Part shown: positions 41,571 through 54,020 of the stretch, piece by piece
Numbering within the stretch: position 1 is the stretch's first letter
How the letters are laid out: each line of letters opens with the position of its first letter
Assembly (NCBI GenBank): GCA_009914755.4
Contig: CP068257.2
Location: 23,040,001 to 23,104,000 of the forward strand
Direction of reading: 5' to 3'
From: the human T2T-CHM13v2.0 reference genome, Homo sapiens
Length of the DNA stretch: 64,000 nt
The notes under the pieces: generated by a model
Database searches by the model: none
Seen by the model: the letters and a program-made list of their open reading frames with translations, nothing else
Told to the model about the DNA's origin: nothing
Made by a program: the position numbers and the translations under genes

Positions 41571-42137
41571 AATTAAGTGTATATATTAATAATGGCATCA
41601 AAGCTCTAAGACTCAGATCTAGTACAACTGCCATTTTTAATGCCATTTCATCATCTTCGTTATCATTCATGCAAAGTATTGACATTAAGACAGATTCAGC
41701 AACAGCAAGACAAAGAACAGAACCACTTTGCCAATGTCACATATTAATCACATTTAGTGATACTGATCGCATAGTTGATGCTCAATTGGTAAGGCACAGT
41801 AAAGCAGCTATGTAGAAGATGGAGTTAAATGGGAAGACTAAAGACAGAGTGAAGGGATTGGCAGAAATATACCCTGAAATAAATTATTCCCAGAAACCCT
41901 GAAATACAACTTAAAGTAATGCCACACATCCCCAGCCTGCCAGAAAACTCCAGGTAGAAAGGACCTGGGCTATTATCAGATTAAGGTTACTTCAACAAAG
42001 GCTCTCAAGGCAATTTTGTGTTTTGCAGCCTTTAGCTATGGAAGAAAGAGTGCTGAGAACACATTCTTTCTGGCTATAGCTGCACACATAGGTGAGAATC
42101 ATTGTCAAGGGAAAGTAGCTATTTTATTCTCACCACA

Positions 42138-42318
42138 GCCAATGGAGAAAAGAATGAGACTGTGCGTGGGACGAAGCCTCATGATGGAAGTTGTTCCCAT
42201 CCTGATCGATCGCTGTAACAATCTGCGGAGCTGGTTAACTGTATCGATTTATGCCAGCAACCTCCCTTATACTAAGATGGGAAATGGTAGCGAGGATAGT
42301 GGGTCCCAGTTTTCATAA
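42138..42318 (+). other. CpG-undepleted ORF-containing block preceded by an acceptor-like site (speculative exon or conserved element)
   Basis: The acceptor-like ttttattctcaccacag precedes CCAATGGAGAAAAG.... There are 7 CpG in about 150 bp, including atcgatcgct and tatcgat, within a 100-codon ORF at 42016-42318. Confidence 0.12.
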
Positions 42319-45040
42319 TGTGTCCACTTGATCTACATTTTTTAAGTTCTCAAAAATGATTTTAACAAAGATCTAGGTTTCAAGGCCACTAATTTATTCT
42401 ACTTCTACTTTCCCCTAACACCCATCACTTTACACACCTGATGTATTGATATTTCAGATCAATGGAGGCCGATTTTGCCCAGAGAAGTCTCTAAGAAAGA
42501 AAAAACAGAGGGAAATAGAAAAATTGCATTATATACCTAGCTACAATTACGATAGTGAATCTGTGTTTCTTTGGAATCACAGACAATTAGTTTTTTTTTT
42601 TTATTCTGTATCACCCCATATAAACAGTCCATCTTCAATGCCTTTTTTTCCCCTTTTAAAAATCTCTTTTATTTCTAGTATCCTTTTCTTATAACAAGCA
42701 ATTAGGTCTCAGTTTCCAGGAAACCATGTGCACACATGCACACATACAAACACACACACATTATGGAACATTCAGATAATCTACAATCAATCCTGCTAAT
42801 CAAAACTCAATCTCATGGATTTTTGGAAATCCATGAGAAAATGTAAGTAAGAAAATGTCTAAACTACTTATTAAGCTCACATAAACCAATGGAATAGAAC
42901 CTAATGTGACAGATCAGATATTGGTTTGGGACGAGGTAGACTGGATAATATATATTTGACCTGGATTACTCTTGATTCACTATCATACTTCATGTAACAA
43001 AACTTGGCCTATGGTTCTATCTAAGGCAGTAGATAGTCTGGGCATGAAGAAATCATGCTACCAAACAGAATTGCTGGAGGAGACGCTCAGCATCGCAAGG
43101 ACTTGAGGATGATGACACATTATTCTCCCTGATGGTAAGCCTAAATCAGTGTTTTACATGCCGCTTCATAACAATAAATGGCTTCAGCATTTCTCTTTCT
43201 GGTTGTCCCATGTTTTCCTAAGATCCTACGTACCACATAAAGCATCTTGTTTGCTACCTCCTATTACTATAATATGTTAATTTTACTTCTAATAAGTTCA
43301 AAACCAAAAACCTCACTACCATCACTAAGAAGCTCCACAAAACAAAACAAAACAAAAAATAAAAACCCTGAACCAATTTCCTGATATTGAGTTTTCTCTA
43401 TTGTGTTTCAAAAAATATATCAGCTAGTTAAACAACTGTTTTGCCAAATTCGTACACAAAAGTGTTGGATAAAACAGTGAACCTATCTATCTGTATAAAC
43501 TGAATCTGGAACATAGCTAATAACTATTGTCCCTCTACAATGCAGGAGTAATAATAAAACCCAACTCCTTGGGCTTTTGAAAGGAACAAATCAATCAACT
43601 CAAATATGGCCTACAAAAATCATAGCCATCATACATAATATTATAGTTCACATGATTTGTGTTGAAGGTAATTATTTCATGTTGTAATTACTTTAGGTCT
43701 TACTTACATTTTTATTAAGACTACTTAATCTATTTCTTCCATTTATTACTTACGCAAATATCAGTTGAATATGTCCTGTATTTCAAGGTTCTAAACACTG
43801 GAAATTTTACAGTGACTAAGGTAAAGACCCCACCCTCATGAAGATTACACTCTAACTGGGGATAAGAGATACACATTCCCAAGAAACTAAATATGTGTAC
43901 TTTCTCAAGAATGATACACATTTTTAAGAAAATAAGACAGAACAAAGGCAGAGTAAATCAGGGTTTCTTGCTAGGTAGGGTGCTCTGGAAAGGCATGTTT
44001 GATGATTTGATGTTTTAGAAGAGTCCTGAATATATTGAGGGAACATTGCACATGTCTGGAGAGATGGTTTCAGTGAAATCAGCAAATGCAAAGGCTGAGT
44101 TTGTTGCATTGCTAACATATCTGAGAAGAAAATGAGCCAGTAAGGAGGAGTAAGCAGAGGTCAAGAGGCAAGATATGATACTGCAGTTATCCTACAGCCA
44201 AATCATTTAGGGCTTTGAAGAAAGTTGTAAAAAATCTGGAGATGCATATAGTAATTTCTTTAAATGTTTCTCTTTCTTCTAACGACATAAATTGGAGGCT
44301 ATATCTGTTTTCAAATTAGTATATGCAGAATGTTAACTAATTAGAGTTAAAAGCATTTCAAATAATAGAATAAAAAAGAGTAATAAAACACATTTGATAA
44401 TGTACTATATATTTAGAACAGATGAAATGAAACTAGTTTAAAAATATAATATGTATGGTAACTTATAATTTCATAATTTTAAAGAGAGATTAACAGTATA
44501 TACATGATTAACTTTTTTATTAAAATGACATAACACATTTAATTTTCCTCCTTTTAATTCAATTTCATTTAGTTCACATTTACCAGTGCATTCTTTGTAC
44601 TCATCACTGAGTAGGGCAAAATAATAGCACTTTTGTTTTTTTGTTTGAAAGAAAAGTAACTTAAAAGGTAGAGGTGCAGGCAATAACACAACTATATACC
44701 CCATTCAGAGACAGCACAGCTCATACAACTCATATCTTCCAAGATGCTCTTTTTCACCTACAAAAGTTGATCCTCAAATGTTCGGCTTAAAGTTCTGTAG
44801 CAGTACTCATGATGTGAGAATTAGAGAGTGTGCAACTCAAACTATGCCATTTCCTGAACTTCCTGAAGTTCATGCAATAAGTATGGCGATGATCTCAACT
44901 GGGGCTTTGAGACTAAACTTATCTTGAGTGCAGATGATTTCTGATCTGAAAGGAAATGTAATTATTCATATAATAAATTATATTTTTGTTGTGTATATAT
45001 ATATTTATTGAAATACATTTTATGTATGCATGTATACATA

Positions 45041-45067
45041 TGTGTGTGTGTGTGTGTGTGTGTGTGT
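45041..45067. repeat. (TG)n microsatellite
   Basis: Direct reading. Confidence 0.95.
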
Positions 45068-45736
45068 TTATAATTTAGGGCATTTTATTGTATATGTGTA
45101 TATATTCATGCTAGATTCTCTGCCTATATTTTCATTTCCCATAACTTCCAAAAGCAGTGTCTCTTTCTCTCTGTCAAGGAGATTTTTCTTACTAATGGAA
45201 CCCTCAATCTTGTACGTGGGGCAGGCTAGAAGGACCAGGGAACTAATGTCCTTAGCCAGTGCTGCACAGAAGCACTGAAGTGGTTCATTTCCTTGAGCTT
45301 TCTGTTGCTGATTTTGAGGCCTGTGTTTCATGCTGATTCCCAGAGTTCCCAGGCAGAAGTAAGCTGTAGTATTCCACAATTGTGACTTGCTTTATAGTTG
45401 AAGCTTTGTTTTCCTTTCATCCCTTACCTGTTTAAACTCCCAATTCCCCTACTGGTGATTCCTGGATTCACTGCCTGAATAAACTACTCATACTTAATTC
45501 CTTGTCTTAGTTATCTGCTTTAGGGTGAACCCAATCTAAAACAAATGACATATAATATGAAATGCCTGTAAGATTTAAAAATCTGCGTCAACACTGTGTG
45601 GGAGAAATCACACTCACCAGCTATGTACATGTTGCCTGGTATTTTCCATTCTCCCTTGCTGTTGGATTAAAATTGTAAACATTCTTCTGGCCTAAGGAGT
45701 GTGAGTGGTAGTGATTCGTGTTTTTGTTCCAAGCCA

Positions 45737-45780
45737 ACGCAGCTCAGAGCCAGTCAACTGTAGCTCAGAGCCAGTCAACT
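45737..45780. repeat. Perfect tandem duplication of a 21-bp unit
   Basis: The unit agctcagagccagtcaactgt occurs twice back to back. Confidence 0.7.
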
Positions 45781-46989
45781 GTTTTCATTTTTCTCTTCCA
45801 CTGTCACATCAACTTTGGAAAACAAATGTTCCACATGCCATTAAGGGGAGCCACTTGCCTATCTGAATATTTTATTATTGAGGGATACATTATTTTTCAG
45901 TGTTGGACCACTGAGGTTTTAAAATTCATTTTACACTAACACAGCCTAACATCATTATGACCATTATAAAATTGGGCAGCAAAATGTTGCTGTCTAATGA
46001 AAAAAATTCCCCGATACATGGAATTATCTTTGTTGTTCAGGGATGAGAAATAAGAAAAATTAAAATTATTTCCAATCCCATCTCCAGTCCAGCTTTTAGT
46101 AGGTGTGTTGTGGTACACAAGTGAGTTTACTACCTTAATTTATAAAACATGACTACCTACATTTACAAAACATGTATATATAGTACTGTACTGATTTCAA
46201 CAGCCATTTGAAAAGTCAATGAGACAATTCACATAGAGTTCTTGGTATAGTTTTGGATATATATAGTATTTTCTATAGATATTAGTTATTAGGATAACTT
46301 TTTGTCTATATGTGTACATGTAATAGATACACATACCTAATGTGTTTATGTACTTATTCTGTGAGTTTTTCATGTCCTATCATTTTATATTTCCCTCATC
46401 AACATATTCAAATTATAGATATTCCACCAACATAAAACTTTTACCCTACCCAATTTGATTTCCCCAAATGCCGAAGAAATCTTGCTTTTGCTCATCATTA
46501 CTGTTTGACCTGCTTCAGAAATTTATATATCATAGTATGCTACAAATTCAGTATTTATCTTCCATTTAGATCTCCTGCTAATAACATAAGCTAATTAAGG
46601 TAAAAATAACAAAAGTTTTTTTTTTTTTTTAATGCAGAGCTGCTAACAGAAATTTGAGCTCTAGTGAAAAATAGTTTTAGGTTACTAAATATAAACTTGT
46701 TACTTCAAATTTATAATAGAGTGTATGGCTATTGTTATTTAACTATAAAACATTAAGTAACATCTTCCTAGTGTGAAATTTGGATTTTATTATATCATGG
46801 CTTTATGCCACTTCAAACTGACTTCAATAATGGAAAAATATTTCTTGTTATTAAAATTCCATTTGTAAGAATTCTGATTAGTTGATTAAATAAAAAAATT
46901 AAGGGTATTTAATGATGTTAAGCATCTATGGACTAAATGTTGCTTTGTATATAATATGTAATATACATAAGGCAATGGAGCAGGGATTC

Positions 46990-47033
46990 ACACACATACA
47001 CACACAGACACACACATACACACACACACACAC
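46990..47033. repeat. Imperfect (CA)n microsatellite
   Basis: Direct reading. Confidence 0.85.
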
Positions 47034-47074
47034 TTCATGTACATATAGCTAGACCACCGTTGGCCTGACTTGAG

Positions 47075-47190
47075 AACATTGCTAAAAATGCACAATTTTA
47101 TTTCCCATCCAGGCCAGGCCTGTTGAATCAGAATCTACACTTTAAACAGGATCTTCAGGTGACCCTTATTGAGAAGCATTGGTTCATCTT
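47075..47190 (+). mobile_element. MER1/Charlie-type hAT DNA transposon fragment
   Basis: The sequence tgctaaaaatgcacaattttatttcccatccaggccaggcctgttgaatcagaatctac...tttaaacaggatcttcaggtgac resembles MER1 ttagaaatgcagattctcaggccccaccccagacctactgaatcagaaactct...tttaacaagccctccaggtgattc. Confidence 0.5.
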
Positions 47191-49649
47191 ACATAGCATG
47201 ATGCATATTTATCCTTTGATAAACTCATCATGACAAATTCATACTTTTATAATGAAGTCATATTTCCCAGATGAAGTTGTGAGAAGAAAAACGTGTGTGG
47301 AATTTTTTAAACTAAGCATGTGGGGGAAAGCTTCTGAACATACTCATCTCCAAATCTCATATCGAATTATGGGCATTTAATTGTGTTCCAAGGATATTTC
47401 TTATGGCAATAAAATATTAATTAAATTGTAAAGATTAATTATTACAAATTTCTAAATACTGGTTTTAATTAGGAGTATAACCCTGAAAAAGCATATGTTA
47501 TTTTAGTTTATGTGTGAGAATAAAATCGATATAGAAGAGAAGACAAGGAAGACTTTCTTCATTTATAAGCAGAATACCTATTTACTAGTGCATTGGGGAA
47601 AAACTAGGCTAATATGTTTGTGATATTATGCTAACATATTGTGCATAATATGCTGTTTATTTGAGTATGCTTTCCCTATTAGTTGGATAAATCAGAGTTT
47701 TTTCTTCATTGCATAGGGAATGATTTCTATACAAAAATTTCTGTAAGAAAGTTGAAATAGCTGATTATGCAAGACAAGTAGGATTTTGCCTGAATATAAT
47801 TTTATTGGACTAAATAATATGTTCCATTTGCTGTTCAAGCTTTAAAAATACAAAATATTGGTTTGCAGAAGTGGAAAAGGGCCTTAGAAAGCAATAGGAG
47901 ATGATGAAAATCATTCTGTGTGCACTAAAGAAATTTGCTCTGATATGGACTATCCCTTCTGACACTCATTTGTATCCTAAAGGTGGTCTTAAAATTGGTT
48001 TGTAGATGAACACAAACATTTTTGGTAAAACTTATGAAATTGGAAAACGTTCTTTTAATATTACAAATCAGCATGCAAATTTAACTGTATTATTAGAGAT
48101 ACACTTCTATTAGAATTACTTAATTTAAAACAACCACAAATATAATTGCAACCATTGTGCTCTATCCAATAATGCAGTTTGTGACATAGTTAACTGTATT
48201 TCCCACTGTGTAAACTATACCAGGGAGACTAAGAAACACTTTTGGAAGTTGTGTTCCAAAAAGGCCAGTTGGATATTATTTAGGAAATTAGCTCTCATTG
48301 TATAAAAATGATACACTTGGGGCTTGGAAGGTCAACATAATTTTCAAAAATTAGAACTTGTCGACATTATGTCTCCAAAGTGGTCATATTACTTCAACTA
48401 TATATTATTAAGAATTTGAAAATAAGAATCTTATTAAGGATAAGAAAAGTAAATATGCTTGGATTCAATGACATCAATTGCTGTAAAGAAGATTGAACAT
48501 AACTAGTTATGTGAAGAAAATAAAATAAATGAAATACAACACTAATCTTTGCACAGAAATATATTTCTATGTACACTAGAAGTAAACTCATGAACTCATT
48601 CCAATTTGGCCATATATGTTTAATGGAGAAGTATAATCATTTATTATTTCATCAGCACCATCATGAGTCCTATTAGTAGTCCAATTCTATGCTTATTTTG
48701 TAGAGTCAGAAAATTTTTGAATATTCAAACTCTTAGAAAATTATATATTATTGCAACTGCTCTATACAGATATGCAATACATGTCTGGTTTATGAATATT
48801 TTAAACTTATAAAAGCTTTAATGCAGATTTTATCATCTATATTTGATAATGCAAGATAATTTGCTTAGAATGTTTAATGTTAGAACGTTCTGCTTAAGAG
48901 TCAGAAATTGTTTCTTTATATCTATTCATGCCCCTTTTTAAAGTGACCTTATTATTTTACCCATAGTGATGACGAGTTTTATGTGTTAACTTGTCTGGGT
49001 CACAGGCTGCTCAGACATTTATTCAAACATTATTCTGGTTGTGTCTGTGAAGGTGTTTCTGGATGGGATTAACATTTGAACAGTTGACTGAGTAAAGCAG
49101 ATAGTTTTTCTAAATGTGAGTGGGCCTTACTGGTGGTTCTTTTTCTCTGAAGAATTCTGTCTAATACGCCCCTGTAGAAGTGAACTTTATTGACACCTTG
49201 AATCTGCATTTGATCACGGACTTACTTTGGGCAATGGTACAATAGTAAATATAACACAATAAATATCTGAAAAGACTTGCACATCAGTGCTGACTCATTA
49301 CCACTGGGAGCCCTCAATTATTATTTGAAGATGCCCAAGTTAGTCTGTTGGAAGATGAGACAATGTGGAACAAAGAAGAGCCATTGATGAAGACTTGGAT
49401 AACCTGTTGGAATGTTAGGCAATATAGATCAGAAAACATTCATCCTGACTAAGTTCCCCTAAACTAACCAGGCTGCCACCTGTCAGAAATAATTGAGGCC
49501 AACATTGTTCATCCAGTCATTGATCAACCAGTGGCAGCCATCCTGCCAGGTAATATAATTCTAACCATTATTGGTTAAATTTAAATGATTGATTTTTTTA
49601 CTTTATAGAACATTGTTTATATAAACCAACATACATAACTGTATATATT

Positions 49650-50610
49650 TTATACAGAATAGCAGACAACATGTGCTCCATGTTCACATTGGTTTCTGAC
49701 TATATAAAAGCTCTGGCCACATAAAAGTTGCATACAAGTCTTATCTTGAAAATTTTGATATACCTTATAATTTTTTAATATCCATATATAGTAAAGTATA
49801 ACATTTACTTGATTAAAGCAATGAAACAACACCTTTCTGCAACTGTATTTATTTACCTACAAATAATCCTATAAAATTAAAAAAAATTCCACTTAAATGC
49901 ACAATATACAAATTCATTAACACTGTCAAAAATAAGATCAATATCCTTTCTGACTATAAGGCCATATAAAAGTTATATACAGGTCTTATATTGAATATTT
50001 TGGTATACTTTATAATTTTTTAGTATCCATAAGAAAAACATATTGATAGAAATAACAATAGACTTTTATTTTACTAATATTTTTTAAAAAATAAATTGCA
50101 ATTTGATAGTTACTAGATATATTGGGTTTTAATAACTAAATATCTTAATTTATAAATTGATGTTGCTTAATATTTTAAGATTATAATGTAATAATATAAC
50201 ACAATAAATATACATTTTGTATGTTGCTATTTGAGTACATTTCATGTTGTTGTGGTGTTGTTGGCAAGACTCTGAACTAATTAATGCTTTAATTTAAATC
50301 TCAGTCACTCTCTTTTTGTAATTGCCTTTGAGGGATTTCAGTTTCTTTTTTCTGCACATTTTTTCTACACAGATTCATCGATGCTGGAAGAGCACATGAA
50401 ACACCTGGGTCAGAGACAAATGGTTTTTTTCCTCAAAGTAGAGCAGAAAACACGAGCTCCATGTTCACAGTGGTTTCTGACTATACGGCCAAATAAAAGT
50501 TGCATACAGGTCTTGTCTTTAATATTTTGATAGACCTTATAATTTTTTAGTATGCATAATGAAAATATATTGGGAGAAATAACAATAGACTTTTATTTTA
50601 CTAAGTTATT
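49650..50610. repeat. Locus-specific unit of about 150 bp, present three times with spacers; no known family recognised
   Basis: Copies lie at about 49650-49810, 49943-50085 and 50437-50606. They share gctccatgttcaca[t/g]tggtttctgactata..ggcca.ataaaagtt.catacaggtctt.tcttgaatattttg.tata.cttataattttttagtat.cata..gaaaa.atattg..agaaataacaatagacttttattttactaa. Confidence 0.7.
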
Positions 50611-53069
50611 TCTGGGACCTCCAAGACTAAGGGGGCCGTGAGAAATGTCCCAGTGAATGCTGTACACAGTGGGTTTGGTCACACCTGAGGGACCCAGAGC
50701 AAAGAAAACCCCCCAGATTTTAAAGGGGCTACTAGAAGTTCTGTTCAAGCTTTGTTCCACGTAGAGATAATATTTTCACTTTCCTGATCAGGAAACAAAT
50801 CTTCCCTCTGCAGCAGGAGGGTGCTGCCTCTGTTCAAAGACTGCTAATCAAAGATTCAGGACAGGTCTCTGGATGGCCTTGGACAACTCAGTTCCCCTCC
50901 CTTTCTCATTTGTAATTCTCAAGAATAACTGAAATGTGCTGGGAATGCAACATCTTGAGATAGGGGAAGACTGGCTAGAATAGATCAGGCTCCATTCCAG
51001 TCCCCTCTAGAACAAAAGATCCTTCAGTGTTATACACAGCATGTCATTTTGCCCCCAGAATACAAAACTCAGAGCTACTTGCTTTCCAAGGTCCCTCAGC
51101 TGCAGTGCAAGTGAGGCACACATAGACAAGAACAGATTAGACTTCATTTGTCCCAGACAGCTTCCTTGAGCCTTGTGGGATGGATCACAGTGAATCCCAG
51201 ATTCTCGTTGTTCCTATGAGTGATGAACCTGCCGCATGTAGCTTGTTACCTCTATGTATGTTCTGTCTCATCAAATCCAAACAAGTCGGTAATCAGTGCA
51301 TGGTGAACCTTCTTCAAAAAGATCCTCGGATATAGAATTCAGAAGAAAATTTGGTAATGTATTTTCATAAGACATGCAGAAATACAAGTGATCCATGGAG
51401 AACCGTCTTCCAGTGTGAAATGTCTCCCACATCTTGGGTCCCTGAATGGCTGACTACATAGAACAGAATAGTCATTAAGTCATAACTACTACCAGATATA
51501 AAACCTGATGAAGAAACAAAACTTTTTGGCAATATCGTCTAGTCTAAGCTAACTAATATTGACTTTAAGAAGTGGGAATTATTCATAACAATATGGGATA
51601 ATATTTATATTGAAGATAATTTTCTTTTACACATTGGATTTGCCACAGAAGTAAGAGGGAGGCTGATGGATGTGAGAAATGAATCCAACATTCTGCAAGA
51701 AACCCACATGGAGAAAGAGACAGTTTGGTCTTACTATGGGCCGATGCCAGCAACCTAGTATAGAAGATGTAAGTATATCAAGATATGGGCTAAGGTAATA
51801 TTTTTAGCTGTATTTTCTCTCTTCTCCCACTTTTTTGGGGTTAATCACAGCCTTCAATGTTAAATAAGCAAGCACACAGTAAAGAACAAATAAAATCTTG
51901 CTTCTGCTCACAATCTAATTGTATATACTAAGTATGAAACAATACAATCCTAAAATTATTTATGTAATGTTATTTATTTTGAATATAGTTGGATATGCAA
52001 ATTTAGAGTCATTCCATTTCTATCATTGCAAAATTCTATATTGGAATATAAGTAGAAATCATTGAAAACATGGATCTATCAGTCTAATACATGGATTTCT
52101 CTTTCAAATCTATCTAAGATCAAGACTGAGAGGCTAAGGCCCAGCTTGAAGAGATTTAACAAAGTATGTACACACCACAAGTGACATGATGTAGAGAGAA
52201 GATCATCAGTAGTTTCCAATTAAGAAATCTCAAAGGGTTTCAGCCAACTAGTAACCTCTATGTGACCTGGTGGATCTACTTACTGCTTTCTGCTGAATTC
52301 AACGCAATCTCCATAATCAGTGTCTTGAAATCAGAATCAAGGCTACTGTGAGAAAATTGGTAAATATTTATCTACTGGTGGAAAATCAAAAAGAAAATAA
52401 TCCCCAACTCATATTTATTTTGATTTTGTATTATGCATCAGATTTACACAGCAACTAGAAACTGGGTATATGGCAAGAAATTAGGAAACTGCCACACACA
52501 CACTCAGGAGAATTTTGTTTTTAGCACATAGGAATAAAATTAGAAAACATCTTTTTTAATTGGAGGGCTTGGTGGTTCTAGAATATTTATATACTCTGCA
52601 GCTGCAATATGGCTCATAATTCAAATTCTGTATAAAATTCCCAAGTCTCAATGAGGACTCTAGAAATTCATATAAGAAAGAGAAATATGTTCCAGGGCAA
52701 CATAAATTTTTTCATTTTTTATTTAGTTCTGAAGTTATATCTAAAATACACAACACACAAAGTGTTTAGCCAAACATAACTAGAAAGACTGGATATGAAA
52801 AGGAGAGTCCTGCCTTCTCCAGACAGGTTTCTCAGGAAGCTCCATATTTAACTTGCCTTCTGGCATAAGCAAAGAAATTGTTAGACACTAAGATCTTGAA
52901 CTATTTAATTCAGGTGTATTTTTATATTAAAAAAACAAGAAGGAAAATCTCTTTAAGTAGATAGTGAAAATTTATCTTGAAAATTACATTTTCATATGGA
53001 AGGAGAAACAAATGAATATGTGAAAATGTAATTCACAGCCTGAAGATCAAGAAGAGTTAACCATTCTTT

Positions 53070-53336
53070 CTTTTTTTTAAAGACATGGATCTTGTTTTGC
53101 TGCTCAAAGCTGGGGTGCAGTGATGTGATCATAGCTCAGCCACTGCAGCCTTCAACTCCTGGGCTCAAGGGATACTCTCACCTTAGCTTCCAGAGTGGCT
53201 GGGACTATAGGCATGAACCATCATGCCCAGCTAAGTTTTACTTTTTGTGGAATTGGGGTCTTGCTCTGTTACCCAGGCTTGTCTCAAACTCCTAGGCACA
53301 CGCAATCCTCTCACCTTGGCCTCCTAAAACACTAGA
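53070..53336 (-). mobile_element. Old Alu (AluJ-like)
   Basis: Poly-T is followed by aaagacatggatcttgttttgctgctcaaagctggggtgcagtgatgtgatcatagctcagccactgcagcc...cccagctaagttttactttttgtggaattggggtcttgctctgttacccaggcttgtctcaaactcctagg...cttggcctcctaaaacactag. The body is divergent and CpG-decayed. Confidence 0.85.
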
Positions 53337-53359
53337 AGAAGAGTTCTTCATTCTAAAAT

Positions 53360-54020
53360 TCTATGGAAGGATTCTCTATTAGAAACAGAAGCACCAACTT
53401 CCATAATGGTTGAACTAGTTTACAGTCCCACCAACAGTGTAAAACTGTTCCTATTTCTCCACATCCTCTCCAGCACCTGTTGTTTCCTGACTTTTTAATG
53501 ATCGCCATTCTAACTGGTGTGAGATGGTATCTCATTGTGATTTTGATTTGCATTTCTCTGATGGCCAGTGATGATGAGCATTTTTTCATGTATTTTTTGG
53601 CTGCATAAATGTCTTCTTTTGAGAAGTGTCTGTTCATATCCTTCGCCCACTTTTTGATGGGGTTGTTTGTTTTTTTCTTGTAAATTTGTTTGAGTTCATT
53701 GCAGATTCTGGATATTAGCCCTTTGTCAGATGAGTAGGTTGCAAAAATTTTCTCCCATTCTGCAGGTTGCCTGTTCACTCTGGTGGTGGTTTCTTTTGCT
53801 GTGCAGAAGCTCTTTAGTTTAATTAGATCCCATTTGTCAATTTTGGCTTTTGTTGCCATAGCTTTTGGTGTTTTAGACATGAAGTCCTTCCCCATGCCTA
53901 TGTCCTGAATGGTATTGCCTAGGTTTTCTTCTAGGGTTTTTATGGTTTTAGGTCTAACATGTAAGTCTTTAACCCATCTTGAATTAATTTTTGTATAAAG
54001 TGTAAGGAAGGGATCCAGTT
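53360..54020 (-). mobile_element. L1PA element, inverted 5' segment (ORF2 residues about 905-1185)
   Basis: Antisense 180-aa [169 protein letters not shown] is L1 ORF2. Confidence 0.92.

Noticed and set aside
42196-42206. Palindromic cgatcgatcgc as a possible inserted foreign or restriction-site-like element
   Set aside because: It is too short to mean anything alone. It is treated only as part of the CpG-undepleted block finding.
49650-50610. Could the triplicated 150-bp unit be a CRISPR-like or satellite array?
   Set aside because: The spacing is irregular at about 270 and 510 bp. The copies are 85-90 percent rather than near-identical. This is eukaryotic DNA. A local duplication or low-copy repeat is the parsimonious reading.
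53353-53895. 180-aa ORF, the longest in the window
   Set aside because: It is a fragment of L1 ORF2 (residues about 1000-1180) within an inverted L1 segment. It has no start context and is truncated on both sides. It is not an intact ORF2.
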